Shown here: positions 21,484 through 33,700 of the stretch, one piece after another
Layout: each line of letters opens with the position of its first letter
Position numbering within the stretch: the stretch's first letter is position 1
From: Escherichia coli
Lineage (GTDB): Bacteria > Pseudomonadota > Gammaproteobacteria > Enterobacterales > Enterobacteriaceae
Length of the DNA: 64,000 bases
Direction: 5' to 3' (one strand)
Assembly: GCF_017348835.2 (NCBI RefSeq)
Contig: NZ_CP071375.1
Made by a program: the position numbers and the translations under genes
The notes under the pieces: model-generated
What the model saw: the letters and a program-made list of their open reading frames with translations, nothing else
Database searches by the model: none
What the model was told of the DNA's origin: nothing

Positions 21484-22845
21484 ATGTCTTTTGATTTAAT
21501 CATTAAAAACGGCACCGTTATTTTAGAAAACGAAGCTCGCGTTGTAGATATCGCCGTTAAAGGCGGCAAAATTGCTGCTATCGGTCAGGATCTGGGCGAT
21601 GCAAAAGAAGTTATGGATGCGTCTGGTCTGGTGGTTTCGCCGGGCATGGTTGATGCGCACACCCATATTTCTGAACCGGGTCGTAGCCACTGGGAAGGTT
21701 ATGAAACCGGTACTCGCGCAGCGGCAAAAGGTGGTATCACCACCATGATCGAAATGCCGCTCAACCAGCTGCCTGCAACGGTTGACCGCGCTTCAATTGA
21801 ACTGAAGTTCGATGCCGCTAAAGGCAAGCTGACTATCGATGCGGCACAACTCGGTGGCCTGGTGTCTTACAACATCGACCGTCTGCATGAGCTGGATGAA
21901 GTGGGCGTTGTCGGCTTCAAATGCTTCGTTGCGACCTGTGGCGATCGCGGTATCGACAACGACTTCCGTGATGTAAACGACTGGCAGTTCTTCAAAGGCG
22001 CGCAGAAGCTGGGCGAACTGGGGCAGCCGGTGCTGGTGCACTGCGAAAACGCGCTGATCTGTGACGCACTGGGCGAAGAAGCGAAACGTGAAGGTCGCGT
22101 AACTGCCCATGACTATGTGGCTTCGCGTCCGGTATTTACCGAAGTGGAAGCGATTCGCCGCGTGCTGTACCTGGCGAAAGTTGCCGGTTGCCGTCTGCAC
22201 GTTTGCCATATCAGCAGCCCGGAAGGTGTTGAGGAAGTGACTCGTGCACGTCAGGAAGGTCAGGACGTTACTTGTGAATCCTGCCCGCATTACTTTGTGC
22301 TGGATACCGATCAGTTCGAAGAAATTGGCACCCTGGCGAAGTGTTCACCGCCGATCCGCGATCTGGAAAACCAGAAAGGCATGTGGGAAAAACTGTTTAA
22401 CGGTGAAATCGACTGCCTGGTTTCCGACCACTCACCATGCCCTCCGGAAATGAAAGCCGGCAACATCATGGAAGCATGGGGCGGTATTGCCGGTCTGCAA
22501 AACTGTATGGACGTGATGTTCGATGAAGCGGTACAGAAACGCGGAATGTCTCTGCCAATGTTCGGCAAATTAATGGCGACTAACGCAGCAGATATTTTCG
22601 GTCTGCAGCAAAAAGGCCGTATCGCCCCAGGAAAAGATGCCGACTTCGTCTTCATTCAGCCGAATAGCAGCTATGTTCTTACCAATGACGATCTGGAATA
22701 TCGCCACAAAGTCAGCCCGTATGTTGGCCGTACCATTGGCGCGCGTATCACGAAAACCATCTTACGTGGTGATGTGATTTACGACATTGAACAGGGCTTC
22801 CCTGTTGCGCCGAAAGGTCAATTTATCCTTAAACATCAGCAGTAA
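21484..22845 (+). CDS. allB: allantoinase
   Basis: 453 aa. Amidohydrolase HxH motif ([11 protein letters not shown]). Confidence 0.95.
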   Translation: MSFDLIIKNGTVILENEARVVDIAVKGGKIAAIGQDLGDAKEVMDASGLVVSPGMVDAHTHISEPGRSHWEGYETGTRAAAKGGITTMIEMPLNQLPATVDRASIELKFDAAKGKLTIDAAQLGGLVSYNIDRLHELDEVGVVGFKCFVATCGDRGIDNDFRDVNDWQFFKGAQKLGELGQPVLVHCENALICDALGEEAKREGRVTAHDYVASRPVFTEVEAIRRVLYLAKVAGCRLHVCHISSPEGVEEVTRARQEGQDVTCESCPHYFVLDTDQFEEIGTLAKCSPPIRDLENQKGMWEKLFNGEIDCLVSDHSPCPPEMKAGNIMEAWGGIAGLQNCMDVMFDEAVQKRGMSLPMFGKLMATNAADIFGLQQKGRIAPGKDADFVFIQPNSSYVLTNDDLEYRHKVSPYVGRTIGARITKTILRGDVIYDIEQGFPVAPKGQFILKHQQ

Positions 22846-22901
22846 TCTGGCCCCTGCAATGCCCGTCCTTGCGGCGGGCATTCTCCGGTTAAGGTGTGTT
22901 T

Positions 22902-24203
22902 ATGTTCAATTTTGCAGTCAGCCGCGAAAGCCTGTTATCAGGATTTCAGTGGTTTTTCTTTATTTTTTGCAACACGGTTGTGGTTCCTCCTACGCTACTT
23001 TCTGCTTTTCAGTTGCCGCAAAGTAGCCTGCTTACACTCACACAATATGCTTTTCTTGCTACCGCACTGGCCTGCTTCGCTCAGGCGTTCTGTGGCCATC
23101 GTCGCGCTATTATGGAAGGGCCGGGGGGCCTGTGGTGGGGAACCATCCTAACTATCACCCTTGGCGAAGCATCGCGCGGGACACCGATCAACGATATCGC
23201 CACCAGCCTGGCAGTGGGGATTGCGCTCTCCGGCGTGCTGACGATGTTGATTGGTTTTAGCGGATTAGGCCATCGCCTGGCACGGTTATTTACGCCGTCG
23301 GTGATGGTCTTGTTTATGTTGATGCTGGGCGCGCAGCTGACCACTATCTTTTTCAAAGGTATGCTCGGGTTGCCGTTTGGCATAGCCGACCCAAATTTTA
23401 AAATTCAGTTACCACCGTTCGCGCTCTCGGTGGCGGTGATGTGCCTGGTACTGGCGATGATTATCTTTCTGCCGCAACGTTTTGCCCGTTATGGCCTGCT
23501 GGTCGGTACGATAACCGGCTGGTTGTTGTGGTACTTTTGCTTTCCTTCTTCGCATTCGCTCTCCGGTGAGTTGCACTGGCAGTGGTTCCCGCTCGGCAGT
23601 GGCGGTGCTTTGTCGCCGGGAATTATTCTGACGGCGGTGATTACAGGTCTGGTAAATATCAGCAATACCTACGGTGCGATTCGGGGCACGGATGTTTTTT
23701 ATCCGCAGCAGGGCGCGGGGAATACGCGTTATCGTCGTAGCTTTGTGGCGACCGGATTTATGACACTGATAACCGTACCGCTGGCGGTAATTCCATTTTC
23801 ACCGTTTGTTTCATCCATTGGTTTATTAACCCAGACTGGCGATTACACGCGGCGTTCGTTTATTTATGGCAGCGTTATTTGCCTGCTGGTGGCGCTGGTT
23901 CCGGCACTCACGCGACTGTTTTGCAGTATCCCTTTACCCGTGAGTAGCGCGGTCATGCTGGTTTCTTATCTGCCTTTACTCTTTTCGGCGCTGGTGTTTA
24001 GCCAGCAAATAACGTTTACCGCTCGCAATATTTATCGACTCGCATTGCCGTTATTTGTCGGCATATTTTTAATGGCATTACCGCCTGTGTATCTGCAAGA
24101 CCTTCCATTAACGCTGCGTCCTCTGCTCAGTAACGGCTTATTGGTCGGGATCTTACTGGCTGTTCTTATGGATAACCTTATTCCGTGGGAACGCATCGAA
24201 TAA
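22902..24203 (+). CDS. ybbY: NCS2-family putative purine permease YbbY
   Basis: Polytopic membrane protein. Start moved to ATG 22902 (MFNFAVSRESL) as in K-12. Confidence 0.88.
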   Translation: MFNFAVSRESLLSGFQWFFFIFCNTVVVPPTLLSAFQLPQSSLLTLTQYAFLATALACFAQAFCGHRRAIMEGPGGLWWGTILTITLGEASRGTPINDIATSLAVGIALSGVLTMLIGFSGLGHRLARLFTPSVMVLFMLMLGAQLTTIFFKGMLGLPFGIADPNFKIQLPPFALSVAVMCLVLAMIIFLPQRFARYGLLVGTITGWLLWYFCFPSSHSLSGELHWQWFPLGSGGALSPGIILTAVITGLVNISNTYGAIRGTDVFYPQQGAGNTRYRRSFVATGFMTLITVPLAVIPFSPFVSSIGLLTQTGDYTRRSFIYGSVICLLVALVPALTRLFCSIPLPVSSAVMLVSYLPLLFSALVFSQQITFTARNIYRLALPLFVGIFLMALPPVYLQDLPLTLRPLLSNGLLVGILLAVLMDNLIPWERIE

Positions 24204-24224
24204 TTTGTTGAAAAAGGATTGATA

Positions 24225-25370
24225 ATGAAGATTGTCATTGCGCCAGACTCTTTTAAAGAGAGCTTAAGTGCAGAAAAATGTTGTCAGGCAATTAAAGCCG
24301 GGTTTTCGACCCTCTTTCCCGATGCGAACTATATCTGTTTGCCGATAGCGGATGGCGGCGAAGGGACGGTGGATGCGATGGTCGCCGCGACGGGTGGTAA
24401 CATCGTGACGCTTGAAGTCTGCGGGCCGATGGGCGAAAAAGTGGATGCTTTTTATGGCCTTACCGGCGACGGGAAAACAGCGGTGATTGAGATGGCGGCA
24501 GCAAGTGGCCTGATGCTGGTCGCGCCTGAAAAGCGTAATCCGTTGCTGGCCTCCAGTTTTGGTACGGGGGAGTTAATTCGTCATGCGCTGGATAACGGCA
24601 TTCGCCATATTATTCTCGGCATTGGCGGCAGTGCGACGGTCGACGGCGGTATGGGCATGGCGCAGGCGCTTGGCGTGCGTTTCCTTGATGCCGACGGTCA
24701 GGTGCTGGCAGCTAACGGCGGCAATTTAGCGCGCGTGGCAAGCATTGAGATGGAGGAATGCGATCCGCGTCTGGCGAACTGCCATATTGAAGTAGCATGT
24801 GACGTTGATAACCCGCTGGTAGGGGCACGCGGCGCGGCGGCGGTGTTTGGCCCGCAAAAAGGGGCAACGCCGGAGATGGTCGAAGAGCTGGAACAGGGGC
24901 TGCAAAATTACGCCCGTGTTTTACAACAGCAAACTGAAATTAATGTCTGTCAGATGGCGGGCGGCGGCGCTGCGGGCGGTATGGGGATTGCGGCGGCGGT
25001 ATTTCTCAATGCGGATATTAAACCGGGTATTGAGATTGTGTTGAATGCGGTCAATCTTGCGCAGGCGGTGCAGGGCGCAGCACTGGTGATCACCGGGGAA
25101 GGGCGCATCGACTCGCAAACGGCAGGCGGTAAAGCGCCGCTGGGCGTTGCGTCGGTGGCGAAGCAGTTTAATGTACCTGTGATTGGGATTGCTGGCGTAT
25201 TGGGTGATGGCGTGGAAGTGGTGCACCAGTACGGCATTGATGCGGTATTCAGCATTTTGCCACGTCTGGCACCTTTAGCCGAAGTGCTCGCCAGCGGTGA
25301 AACCAATCTCTTCAACAGCGCGCGAAATATTGCCTGCGCCATTAAAATAGGTCAGGGAATTAAAAACTGA
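24225..25370 (+). CDS. glxK: glycerate 3-kinase (glycerate kinase II)
   Basis: Start at [16 protein letters not shown] gives 381 aa. Glycerate kinase family. Confidence 0.93.
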   Translation: MKIVIAPDSFKESLSAEKCCQAIKAGFSTLFPDANYICLPIADGGEGTVDAMVAATGGNIVTLEVCGPMGEKVDAFYGLTGDGKTAVIEMAAASGLMLVAPEKRNPLLASSFGTGELIRHALDNGIRHIILGIGGSATVDGGMGMAQALGVRFLDADGQVLAANGGNLARVASIEMEECDPRLANCHIEVACDVDNPLVGARGAAAVFGPQKGATPEMVEELEQGLQNYARVLQQQTEINVCQMAGGGAAGGMGIAAAVFLNADIKPGIEIVLNAVNLAQAVQGAALVITGEGRIDSQTAGGKAPLGVASVAKQFNVPVIGIAGVLGDGVEVVHQYGIDAVFSILPRLAPLAEVLASGETNLFNSARNIACAIKIGQGIKN

Positions 25371-25415
25371 CCCTTACCTTTAAAGCGGATGCGATTTATA
25401 TCGCATAAGAGTGCA

Positions 25416-25521
25416 GTACTCATGCCGGATGCGGCATGAGTACCATATCCTTCCTGAAAATCGCGCAAATTCTATATATTGCAGAGATCATGTAGGCCTG
25501 ATAAGCGAAGCGCATCAGGCA
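25416..25521. repeat. REP elements
   Basis: gtactcatgccggatgcggcatgagtac hairpin and tgtaggcctgataagcgaagcgcatcaggca. Confidence 0.8.
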
Positions 25522-25528
25522 ATGTTAC

Positions 25529-25555
25529 AAAAAAAGCCACGGTATAAACCGTGGC
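25529..25555 (-). terminator. rho-independent terminator of allE
   Basis: gccacggtataaaccgtggc hairpin, followed in the minus sense by a T7 run. Confidence 0.75.
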
Positions 25556-25597
25556 AAAATCCAACATAGCTAAAAATAATCAGGCGAGTGGTATGAC

Positions 25598-26383
25598 TTA
25601 AATCTCTACGTCGCGGTTGCAATCTTTCGAGTAAATATAGCTGAACGCTTCACCACGCCCTACGCCATAACCAGCCTGTAAAGAATAAGCGCCCATAAAG
25701 ATGTAATCGCCTTTTTTCACCGGGATCCAGTTATTGTCGAGGTTATAAACCCCCTGACCGGAAAGAATATAGGCACCGTGTTCCTGAACATGTGTTTCGA
25801 TATAACCGTGGCTGGCACCTGGTGCAAAAGAGAGGATATGCATGTTCATATCAAAACCTAACTCTTTGGGCAGGAAATCCAGCAGGATCACATCATCCAT
25901 ACCTTCATAGTGAATGCGTTCCAGTTCGCTGGCATTGCCAGAAACCAGCCACGGTGCATGGCCTTCTACCGGAACATAGCGGCGCTTATATAAAAAGATT
26001 TGGCTGTCTTCGGCCTGGGCGTTAACAAACGTCATTAAGGAGCCTGGCGGGCAATAAAGATAGCCACCTTCGCTTAAGGAAAATGTTTTGCCTTCGGCTT
26101 TGGCAGTGATATTTCCAGAGATCACATACAGGAACGTTTCAATGCCTTCGCCACCGAAGCCCTGTTGGTTGCCACCGTTTTGATGCAGTGTGACCAGATA
26201 ATCAACAAAAGAGGCACCCAGCTTTGGCGTGGAGAGGATTGTCGCGTCACAATTTTCAAAGCCCGGAATAATATTTTTTACCAGACCGTCTGGTGTTAAC
26301 AGTGCGAAATTACCGTGTTTCACAATCGCACGGTTAGCCAGTAAATCATCGCGGTAACCGGTGACGTTATTTAAATATCCCAT
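25598..26383 (-). CDS. allE: (S)-ureidoglycine aminohydrolase AllE (YlbA), bicupin
   Basis: 261 aa with two cupin domains. Synteny with allC/allD. Confidence 0.92.
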   Translation of the reverse strand: MGYLNNVTGYRDDLLANRAIVKHGNFALLTPDGLVKNIIPGFENCDATILSTPKLGASFVDYLVTLHQNGGNQQGFGGEGIETFLYVISGNITAKAEGKTFSLSEGGYLYCPPGSLMTFVNAQAEDSQIFLYKRRYVPVEGHAPWLVSGNASELERIHYEGMDDVILLDFLPKELGFDMNMHILSFAPGASHGYIETHVQEHGAYILSGQGVYNLDNNWIPVKKGDYIFMGAYSLQAGYGVGRGEAFSYIYSKDCNRDVEI

Positions 26384-26393
26384 TTATGACTCC

Positions 26394-27629
26394 TTATTTC
26401 TGCCAGGCAAGTTGATAAAGCATGAGTGCCAACGTTTTGACCCCTTCGGCAAGGTCGGTAATATTGGTGCGTTCCGCCGGGTTATGGCTGATCCCGTTGA
26501 TGCTGGGAATGAAAATCATGCAGGTCGGCACGCGAGGCGCGAAAAATTGCGCGTCGTGCCCGGCACCACTGTGCATCACCCGGTAATTCAGTTTTTCACT
26601 TTCACACAATTCTGTCAGGGTGGCGACCAGGTCCTTATTCATCGGCACGGGTTCTTCGTCCATCCATAAATCGATATCAATACCAATGTCCATTTCATCG
26701 CAAATCGCCCGCATGTCGTTTTCTAACTGTTGGGTGAAATCACGCAGCACGGCGGCGTCGGTATGACGACAATCAATGGTGAACGTGGTTTTACCCGGCA
26801 CCACATTCACCGTATTCGGGCGCGGCTCTACTTTGCCAAAGGTCAGAACCAGCGGATCGTCCATCTTTTTCGCTTTTTCGATCGACTGATGGCAAATGCG
26901 ACTGAAAGCGTAAACCGTATCACGACGATAACCCATCGGCGTGGTGCCTGCATGGTTTGATTCGCCGTTCAGCGTCACCGTATAGCGACGCTGCCCGACA
27001 ATTGCATTCACCACGCCAATTGATTGCCCATTACTTTCCAGCACACAGCCCTGTTCGATATGCAGTTCGACAAAGGCTTTAATATCCTGACGCGGAGTTA
27101 GTGGGGCGTTCGGCAGAGTAAATCCGCAAGCCTTCATCGCATCGACAAAACTATTTCCTTTGGCATCACAGATATTCCGCACGTCGTCAGGATTCGCCAG
27201 CCCAAAGATATTTTTACTGCCCCAGAAAACATACGGGAAGCGGCTGCCTTCTTCTTCCGCCATCGCCACCACTTCAACCGTACGCAGCGGTGCGCCGTAT
27301 TGCGTTTTCAGCCAGTCAATTGCCAGCCACGCCGCCAGCGCGCCGAATTGCCCGTCGAGGTTACCGCCGTTAACCACGGTATCGATATGCGAACCGCTCA
27401 GAACTACTTCCTGTGGATATTCGGTGCCACTCAGGCGACCGTATAAATTCCCCACTTCATCGAAACGTGTTTCCAGCCCACTTGCGGCCATTCTTTTTTT
27501 AAATTGCTGCTGGGTTTCCAACCATTCCGGCGAATAAAGTAAACGGGTCATCCCACCCGTTGGGTCAGCGCCAAATGAGGAAAGCCAGGGCAGCGCTTCT
27601 TCTATGGCTTGACGAAAATGTGTAATCAT
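26394..27629 (-). CDS. allC: allantoate amidohydrolase
   Basis: Start at MITHFRQAIEE gives 411 aa. M20 peptidase family. Confidence 0.93.
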   Translation of the reverse strand: MITHFRQAIEEALPWLSSFGADPTGGMTRLLYSPEWLETQQQFKKRMAASGLETRFDEVGNLYGRLSGTEYPQEVVLSGSHIDTVVNGGNLDGQFGALAAWLAIDWLKTQYGAPLRTVEVVAMAEEEGSRFPYVFWGSKNIFGLANPDDVRNICDAKGNSFVDAMKACGFTLPNAPLTPRQDIKAFVELHIEQGCVLESNGQSIGVVNAIVGQRRYTVTLNGESNHAGTTPMGYRRDTVYAFSRICHQSIEKAKKMDDPLVLTFGKVEPRPNTVNVVPGKTTFTIDCRHTDAAVLRDFTQQLENDMRAICDEMDIGIDIDLWMDEEPVPMNKDLVATLTELCESEKLNYRVMHSGAGHDAQFFAPRVPTCMIFIPSINGISHNPAERTNITDLAEGVKTLALMLYQLAWQK

Positions 27630-27650
27630 AAGAAAGTCCTGTCTCAATAA

Positions 27651-28700
27651 TTATTGCGCAAAGGGATTTTTCGTTTCGTATGACGTGTTATAAAGCGCGT
27701 CGGAAATTAAATACTGGTAAATATCATCAACAATTTCGATGCCTTCGACGGCGGCTTTGCGTTGTTTAATATCCTGATCCTGTCCGGGATAATAAACCTG
27801 ATTAAAACCGGGCGCGGGGGTAATGGCATTTAATTCGCGCATGGTCTGGCTAAGATGTTGACGGAATAATTCGCTGGAGGAGAAAAAGTTCGGGTTAATA
27901 ACTACATGTAATTGCCCCAAATTACGCCCGGCGTGTAAATCGTCATACATCGAACTAACCTGTCGCCCGAACGGTAAGCCGAGTAAGACGCCTGAGAGGA
28001 CGTCAATCATCATCATCAGGCCATACCCTTTCGGCCCGGCTGCGGGGAGCAGAGCATGTACCGCGAACGGATCGGTTGTTGGTGCACCGTTTTTATCGAC
28101 CGCCCAGGTATCCGGGATAGACATATTACGCGAGCGGGCGTCGAGCACTTTTCCCCATGCCTGTACGGTAGTCGCCATATCAAAGGTAAGGATCTCGTCG
28201 CCTTCTCCCGGCGCGGCAAAGGCCAGTGGGTTAGTACCGTAGTAAATTTCCGCGCCGCCAAACGGCACCACCATTGGATCGGACTGGCACATCGAAATGC
28301 CAATTAATCCGGCGCAGGCTGCCTGCTGCACAAAATAAGAGATTGCGCCGCTGTGACCCATCCGGCTGATACCGACCACCGCAACGCCATTTTGCTGGGC
28401 GGTTTTGATGGCATGTTCCATACCCATTTTCGCCGCGACCTGTCCGGCGGCATTGTCGGCATGTAAAATTGCCGAGCACGGCCCGGTTTCTTCAAGACGA
28501 AATTCCGGTTCACGGTTGGTGCCGCCTTTTGAAATGCGTTCTGCGTAGTATTCAACGCGCACCGCGCCATGAGAGTGGATCCCTCTGGCATCGGCGTAAA
28601 CCAATACTTCAGCCACGGTTGCAGCGTGCTCACGTTTTAACCCAGCCTGGCAGAGTTTATTCTCGATTAGCTGGTGGAGTGTTTCCCGACTGATTTTCAT
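27651..28700 (-). CDS. allD: ureidoglycolate dehydrogenase
   Basis: 349 aa, Ldh_2 (malate/L-lactate dehydrogenase type 2) family. Confidence 0.93.
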   Translation of the reverse strand: MKISRETLHQLIENKLCQAGLKREHAATVAEVLVYADARGIHSHGAVRVEYYAERISKGGTNREPEFRLEETGPCSAILHADNAAGQVAAKMGMEHAIKTAQQNGVAVVGISRMGHSGAISYFVQQAACAGLIGISMCQSDPMVVPFGGAEIYYGTNPLAFAAPGEGDEILTFDMATTVQAWGKVLDARSRNMSIPDTWAVDKNGAPTTDPFAVHALLPAAGPKGYGLMMMIDVLSGVLLGLPFGRQVSSMYDDLHAGRNLGQLHVVINPNFFSSSELFRQHLSQTMRELNAITPAPGFNQVYYPGQDQDIKQRKAAVEGIEIVDDIYQYLISDALYNTSYETKNPFAQ

Positions 28701-29016
28701 CTGTCTTCCTTTTTAACGACGGTGTGAAGCATGACTGCAATTAACATACAGGGAAAATATTTGGATTATGTGATCCAGACAGGCAAAAAAATATAGTTAG
28801 AATTTATTTGATAATCTTCGTGCTTTTAACCTGGTTTTTAAAATAACGATGCTTATTAAAAAATAACGCGTAATAGTCTGGCGGTTATTTGAATTCTTTT
28901 GTTAATAATCCCTGTGTGATATTCATCACCTTATTTACTCGTTGTCATCGATACCGTAATCGCCACATTAACACTGCTCGTGCAATTGCCATGGGTGCAA
29001 TTTTTAAGGAGTTGTT

Positions 29017-30684
29017 ATGATCCACGCCTTTATTAAAAAAGGGTGTTTTCAGGATTCGGTCAGTTTAATGATTATTTCACGAAAACTCAGCGAATCAGAA
29101 AATGTTGATGATGTTTCCGTAATGATGGGTACGCCCGCCAATAAAGCGTTATTAGATACCACAGGTTTCTGGCATGACGATTTTAATAACGCCACGCCGA
29201 ACGATATTTGCGTGGCAATTCGTAGCGAAGCGGCGGATGCGGGGATCGCGCAGGCGATTATGCAGCAGCTTGAAGAGGCGCTAAAACAACTGGCGCAGGG
29301 GTCAGGCAGCAGCCAGTCCTTGACGCAGGTGCGTCGCTGGGACAGTGCCTGTCAGAAATTACCCGATGCCAATCTGGCGCTGATTTCAGTGGCTGGCGAG
29401 TATGCGGCGGAGCTGGCGAATCAGGCGCTGGATCGCAACCTCAACGTGATGATGTTCTCCGATAACGTCACGCTGGAAGATGAAATCCAACTTAAAACCC
29501 GCGCGCGGGAAAAAGGCTTGCTGGTGATGGGGCCGGACTGCGGTACGTCGATGATTGCCGGCACGCCGCTGGCTTTTGCTAACGTGATGCCGGAAGGCAA
29601 CATTGGCGTCATTGGCGCTTCCGGTACCGGGATTCAGGAGCTGTGCTCGCAGATTGCGCTGGCAGGGGAGGGAATTACTCACGCGATTGGCCTTGGCGGC
29701 CGCGACCTCAGCCGTGAAGTGGGCGGCATCAGTGCGCTAACAGCGCTGGAAATGCTCAGTGCAGACGAGAAAAGCGAAGTGCTGGCATTTGTTTCAAAAC
29801 CACCTGCCGAAGCTGTGCGTCTGAAAATTGTTAATGCCATGAAAGCAACCGGCAAACCGACGGTGGCGCTGTTTTTAGGTTATACCCCGGCGGTGGCCCG
29901 CGACGAGAATGTCTGGTTTGCCTCCTCGCTGGATGAGGCCGCACGCCTGGCTTGCCTGCTTTCACGCGTTACGGCGCGACGTAACGCGATAACGCCTGCC
30001 AGCAGCGGATTTATTTGCGGTTTGTATACCGGCGGTACGCTGGCTGCCGAAGCGGCGGGATTACTTGCCGGACACCTTGGCGTGGAAGCCGATGATGCCC
30101 ATCATCACGGCATGATGCTGGACGCCGATGGCCACCAGATTATTGACCTTGGCGATGATTTCTACACCGTCGGGCGTCCCCATCCGATGATCGACCCAAC
30201 CTTACGCAACCAGTTAATTGCCGATCTCGGCGCTAAACCGCAAGTGCGCGTATTGCTGCTTGATGTCGTGATTGGCTTCGGTGCGACCGCCGATCCTGCC
30301 GCCTCGCTGGTAAGCGCCTGGCAAAAAGCATGTGCCGCGCGTTCAGACAATCAACCACTGTATGCCATTGCCACGGTGACAGGCACTGAACGTGACCCGC
30401 AATGCCGCTCGCAGCAAATCGCCACGCTGGAAGATGCGGGGATCGCGGTAGTGAGTTCGCTGCCGGAAGCCACCTTGCTGGCGGCGGCACTGATTCGTCC
30501 GCTTTCGCCTGCCACTCAGCAACACACACCGTCATTACTGGAAAACGTCGCCGTGATTAACATCGGATTACGCAGCTTTGCGCTGGAGCTACAAAGCGCC
30601 AGCAAACCGGTTGTGCATTACCAATGGTCGCCAGTCGCCGGCGGCAATAAAAAACTGGCTCGTTTATTAGAACGTTTGCAATAA
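29017..30684 (+). CDS. fdrA: FdrA, succinyl-CoA-synthetase-alpha-like protein (oxamate/oxalurate branch of allantoin pathway)
   Basis: 555 aa. CoA-ligase-like fold (GIGASGTGIQE). K-12 synteny. Confidence 0.9.
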   Translation: MIHAFIKKGCFQDSVSLMIISRKLSESENVDDVSVMMGTPANKALLDTTGFWHDDFNNATPNDICVAIRSEAADAGIAQAIMQQLEEALKQLAQGSGSSQSLTQVRRWDSACQKLPDANLALISVAGEYAAELANQALDRNLNVMMFSDNVTLEDEIQLKTRAREKGLLVMGPDCGTSMIAGTPLAFANVMPEGNIGVIGASGTGIQELCSQIALAGEGITHAIGLGGRDLSREVGGISALTALEMLSADEKSEVLAFVSKPPAEAVRLKIVNAMKATGKPTVALFLGYTPAVARDENVWFASSLDEAARLACLLSRVTARRNAITPASSGFICGLYTGGTLAAEAAGLLAGHLGVEADDAHHHGMMLDADGHQIIDLGDDFYTVGRPHPMIDPTLRNQLIADLGAKPQVRVLLLDVVIGFGATADPAASLVSAWQKACAARSDNQPLYAIATVTGTERDPQCRSQQIATLEDAGIAVVSSLPEATLLAAALIRPLSPATQQHTPSLLENVAVINIGLRSFALELQSASKPVVHYQWSPVAGGNKKLARLLERLQ

Positions 30685-30693
30685 GGGGTTCCC

Positions 30694-31953
30694 ATGTTTA
30701 CATCAGTGGCGCAAGCCAATGCTGCGGTTATCGAACAAATTCGTCGCGCTCGTCCACACTGGCTGGATGTGCAACCGGCTTCTTCACTTATCAGCGAACT
30801 AAACGAGGGCAAAACACTGCTTCACGCCGGGCCGCCAATGCGCTGGCAGGAGATGACCGGACCCATGAAAGGGGCGTGCGTGGGCGCATGTCTGTTCGAA
30901 GGCTGGGCGAAAGATGAAGCGCAGGCGCTGGCAATACTGGAGCAGGGGGAAGTGAACTTCATTCCTTGTCACCATGTGAATGCCGTCGGTCCAATGGGCG
31001 GTATTACTTCTGCCAGTATGCCGATGCTGGTGGTCGAGAACGTGACCGACGGCAACCGGGCGTACTGCAACCTCAACGAAGGTATCGGCAAAGTGATGCG
31101 TTTTGGCGCTTACGGCGAAGATGTCCTGACTCGCCATCGCTGGATGCGCGATGTGTTAATGCCAGTATTAAGCGCGGCGCTGGGGCGCATGGAGCGCGGT
31201 ATCGATCTCACGGCGATGATGGCGCAGGGCATTACCATGGGTGATGAGTTCCATCAACGCAATATTGCTTCCTCAGCACTGTTAATGCGTGCGCTGGCCC
31301 CACAAATTGCTCGCCTCGATCATGATAAACAGCACATCGCGGAAGTGATGGATTTCCTCAGCGTGACCGATCAGTTCTTCCTCAACCTCGCGATGGCTTA
31401 CTGCAAGGCGGCGATGGATGCTGGCGCGATGATCCGCGCAGGCAGCATCGTCACGGCAATGACCCGCAACGGCAATATGTTCGGGATTCGGGTAAGCGGG
31501 CTGGGCGAACGCTGGTTTACTGCGCCTGTAAACACTCCGCAAGGTCTGTTTTTCACCGGCTTCTCGCAGGAGCAGGCGAACCCGGGTATGGGCGATAGCG
31601 CGATTACCGAAACCTTTGGTATCGGAGGTGCGGCAATGATCGCAGCGCCTGGCGTAACGCGCTTTGTCGGTGCGGGTGGCATGGAAGCGGCCAGGGCGGT
31701 ATCTGAAGAGATGGCGGAAATTTACCTTGAACGCAATATGCAGTTGCAGATCCCAAGCTGGGATTTTCAGGGCGCGTGCCTGGGACTGGACATTCGTCGC
31801 GTGGTAGAAACCGGCATTACGCCACTCATCAATACCGGTATCGCCCATAAAGAGGCGGGGATCGGGCAGATTGGCGCAGGCACCGTGCGGGCACCGCTGG
31901 CGTGTTTTGAACAGGCGCTGGAAGCACTGGCTGAAAGCATGGGGATTGGTTGA
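30694..31953 (+). CDS. ylbE: YlbE (DUF1116), intact 419-aa form
   Basis: Single uninterrupted ORF. From memory the K-12 MG1655 copy is split by a frameshift. Confidence 0.88.
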   Translation: MFTSVAQANAAVIEQIRRARPHWLDVQPASSLISELNEGKTLLHAGPPMRWQEMTGPMKGACVGACLFEGWAKDEAQALAILEQGEVNFIPCHHVNAVGPMGGITSASMPMLVVENVTDGNRAYCNLNEGIGKVMRFGAYGEDVLTRHRWMRDVLMPVLSAALGRMERGIDLTAMMAQGITMGDEFHQRNIASSALLMRALAPQIARLDHDKQHIAEVMDFLSVTDQFFLNLAMAYCKAAMDAGAMIRAGSIVTAMTRNGNMFGIRVSGLGERWFTAPVNTPQGLFFTGFSQEQANPGMGDSAITETFGIGGAAMIAAPGVTRFVGAGGMEAARAVSEEMAEIYLERNMQLQIPSWDFQGACLGLDIRRVVETGITPLINTGIAHKEAGIGQIGAGTVRAPLACFEQALEALAESMGIG

Positions 31954-31963
31954 GGAACGCGCA

Positions 31964-32779
31964 ATGACGATCATCCATCCTCTGCTTGCCAGCCGTAGTG
32001 CACCGAATTATCGCCAGTCTTGGCGGTTAGCGGGAGTGTGGCGACGGGCGATTAACCTGATGACGGAAAGCTGCGAACTGTTAACGCTGCATCGTCAGGG
32101 TAGTGGTTTCGGCCCCGGAGGATGGGTGCTTCGCCGCGCGCAATTCGATGCGTTATGCGGTGGATTATGCGGCAATGAACGACCACAGGTTGTGGCTCAA
32201 GGGATTCGCCTCGGGCGTTTCACGGTTAAACAGCCACAGCGTTATTGTTTGCTGCGTATTACGCCGCCTGCACATCCTCAACCGCTTGCCGCTGCATGGA
32301 TGCAACGCGCGGAGGAAACCGGGCTTTTCGGGCCACTGGCGTTGGCGGCAAGCGATCCGCTGCCTGCTGAATTACGCCAGTTTCGTCACTGTTTTCAGGC
32401 CGCGCTCAATGGCGTTAAGACCGACTGGCGGCACTGGCTGGGTAAAGGCCCCGGATTAACGCCAAGTCATGATGACACTCTGAGCGGAATGCTGCTGGCG
32501 GCCTGGTATTATGGCGCTTTAGATGCGCGCTCTGGTCGCCCGTTTTTTGCCTGTTCCGACAATCTTCAACTCGTTACCACAGCGGTGAGCGTCAGTTATT
32601 TACGTTATGCCGCGCAAGGATATTTCGCCTCGCCACTCCTGCACTTTGTTCATGCTCTGAGTTGCCCGAAACGTACCGCTGTTGCGATTGATTCGCTGCT
32701 GGCGCTGGGGCATACGTCAGGGGCAGATACGCTGCTGGGGTTCTGGCTTGGCCAACAATTATTACAAGGAAAACCATGA
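31964..32779 (+). CDS. ylbF: YlbF (DUF2877)
   Basis: Start at [16 protein letters not shown] gives 271 aa, as in K-12. Confidence 0.88.
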   Translation: MTIIHPLLASRSAPNYRQSWRLAGVWRRAINLMTESCELLTLHRQGSGFGPGGWVLRRAQFDALCGGLCGNERPQVVAQGIRLGRFTVKQPQRYCLLRITPPAHPQPLAAAWMQRAEETGLFGPLALAASDPLPAELRQFRHCFQAALNGVKTDWRHWLGKGPGLTPSHDDTLSGMLLAAWYYGALDARSGRPFFACSDNLQLVTTAVSVSYLRYAAQGYFASPLLHFVHALSCPKRTAVAIDSLLALGHTSGADTLLGFWLGQQLLQGKP

Positions 32780-33669
32780 AAACACTGGTTGTGGCTCTTG
32801 GGGGCAACGCCTTACTCCAGCGCGGTGAGGCGCTGACGGCAGAAAATCAATATCGCAATATCGCCAGTGCTGTACCCGCGCTGGCACGCCTGGCCCGTTC
32901 TTATCGGTTGGCGATTGTTCACGGCAACGGGCCGCAGGTGGGGCTGCTGGCATTGCAGAATCTGGCGTGGAAAGAGGTAGAACCGTATCCGCTGGATGTG
33001 CTGGTGGCAGAAAGTCAGGGGATGATTGGCTATATGCTGGCGCAGAGTTTGAGCGCACAGCCGCAGATGCCGCCCGTGACGACGGTGCTGACGCGCATTG
33101 AGGTTTCGCCTGATGATCCGGCGTTTTTGCAGCCAGAGAAATTTATTGGTCCGGTTTATCAGCCAGAAGAACACGAGGCACTGGAAGCGGCTTACGGCTG
33201 GCAGATGAAACGTGATGGTAAATATTTACGCCGGGTGGTGGCGTCTCCGCAACCGCGTAAAATTCTCGACAGCGAAGCCATCGAGTTGTTGCTCAAAGAG
33301 GGGCATGTGGTGATTTGCAGTGGCGGCGGCGGTGTGCCTGTGACGGATGACGGAGCAGGGAGTGAAGCAGTGATTGATAAAGATCTCGCCGCTGCGTTGC
33401 TCGCCGAGCAGATTAATGCAGATGGACTGGTGATCATCACCGATGCTGATGCGGTATATGAAAACTGGGGAACGCCGCAGCAACGTGCCATTCGCCATGC
33501 CACACCGGATGAGTTAGCGCCATTTGCCAAAGCCGATGGTTCGATGGGGCCGAAGGTAACGGCGGTGAGTGGTTATGTCAGAAGCCGTGGTAAACCCGCG
33601 TGGATTGGGGCGTTATCGCGAATTGAAGAGACGCTGGCGGGCGAAGCGGGGACCTGTATTTCGCTGTAG
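32776..33669 (+). CDS. ybcF: carbamate kinase-like protein YbcF (AllK)
   Basis: 297 aa, amino-acid kinase family ([14 protein letters not shown]). 4-nt overlap with ylbF. Confidence 0.92.
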   Translation: MKTLVVALGGNALLQRGEALTAENQYRNIASAVPALARLARSYRLAIVHGNGPQVGLLALQNLAWKEVEPYPLDVLVAESQGMIGYMLAQSLSAQPQMPPVTTVLTRIEVSPDDPAFLQPEKFIGPVYQPEEHEALEAAYGWQMKRDGKYLRRVVASPQPRKILDSEAIELLLKEGHVVICSGGGGVPVTDDGAGSEAVIDKDLAAALLAEQINADGLVIITDADAVYENWGTPQQRAIRHATPDELAPFAKADGSMGPKVTAVSGYVRSRGKPAWIGALSRIEETLAGEAGTCISL

Positions 33670-33700
33670 TGATGAGAGCATCCGGCAATCGGTGCACCAT

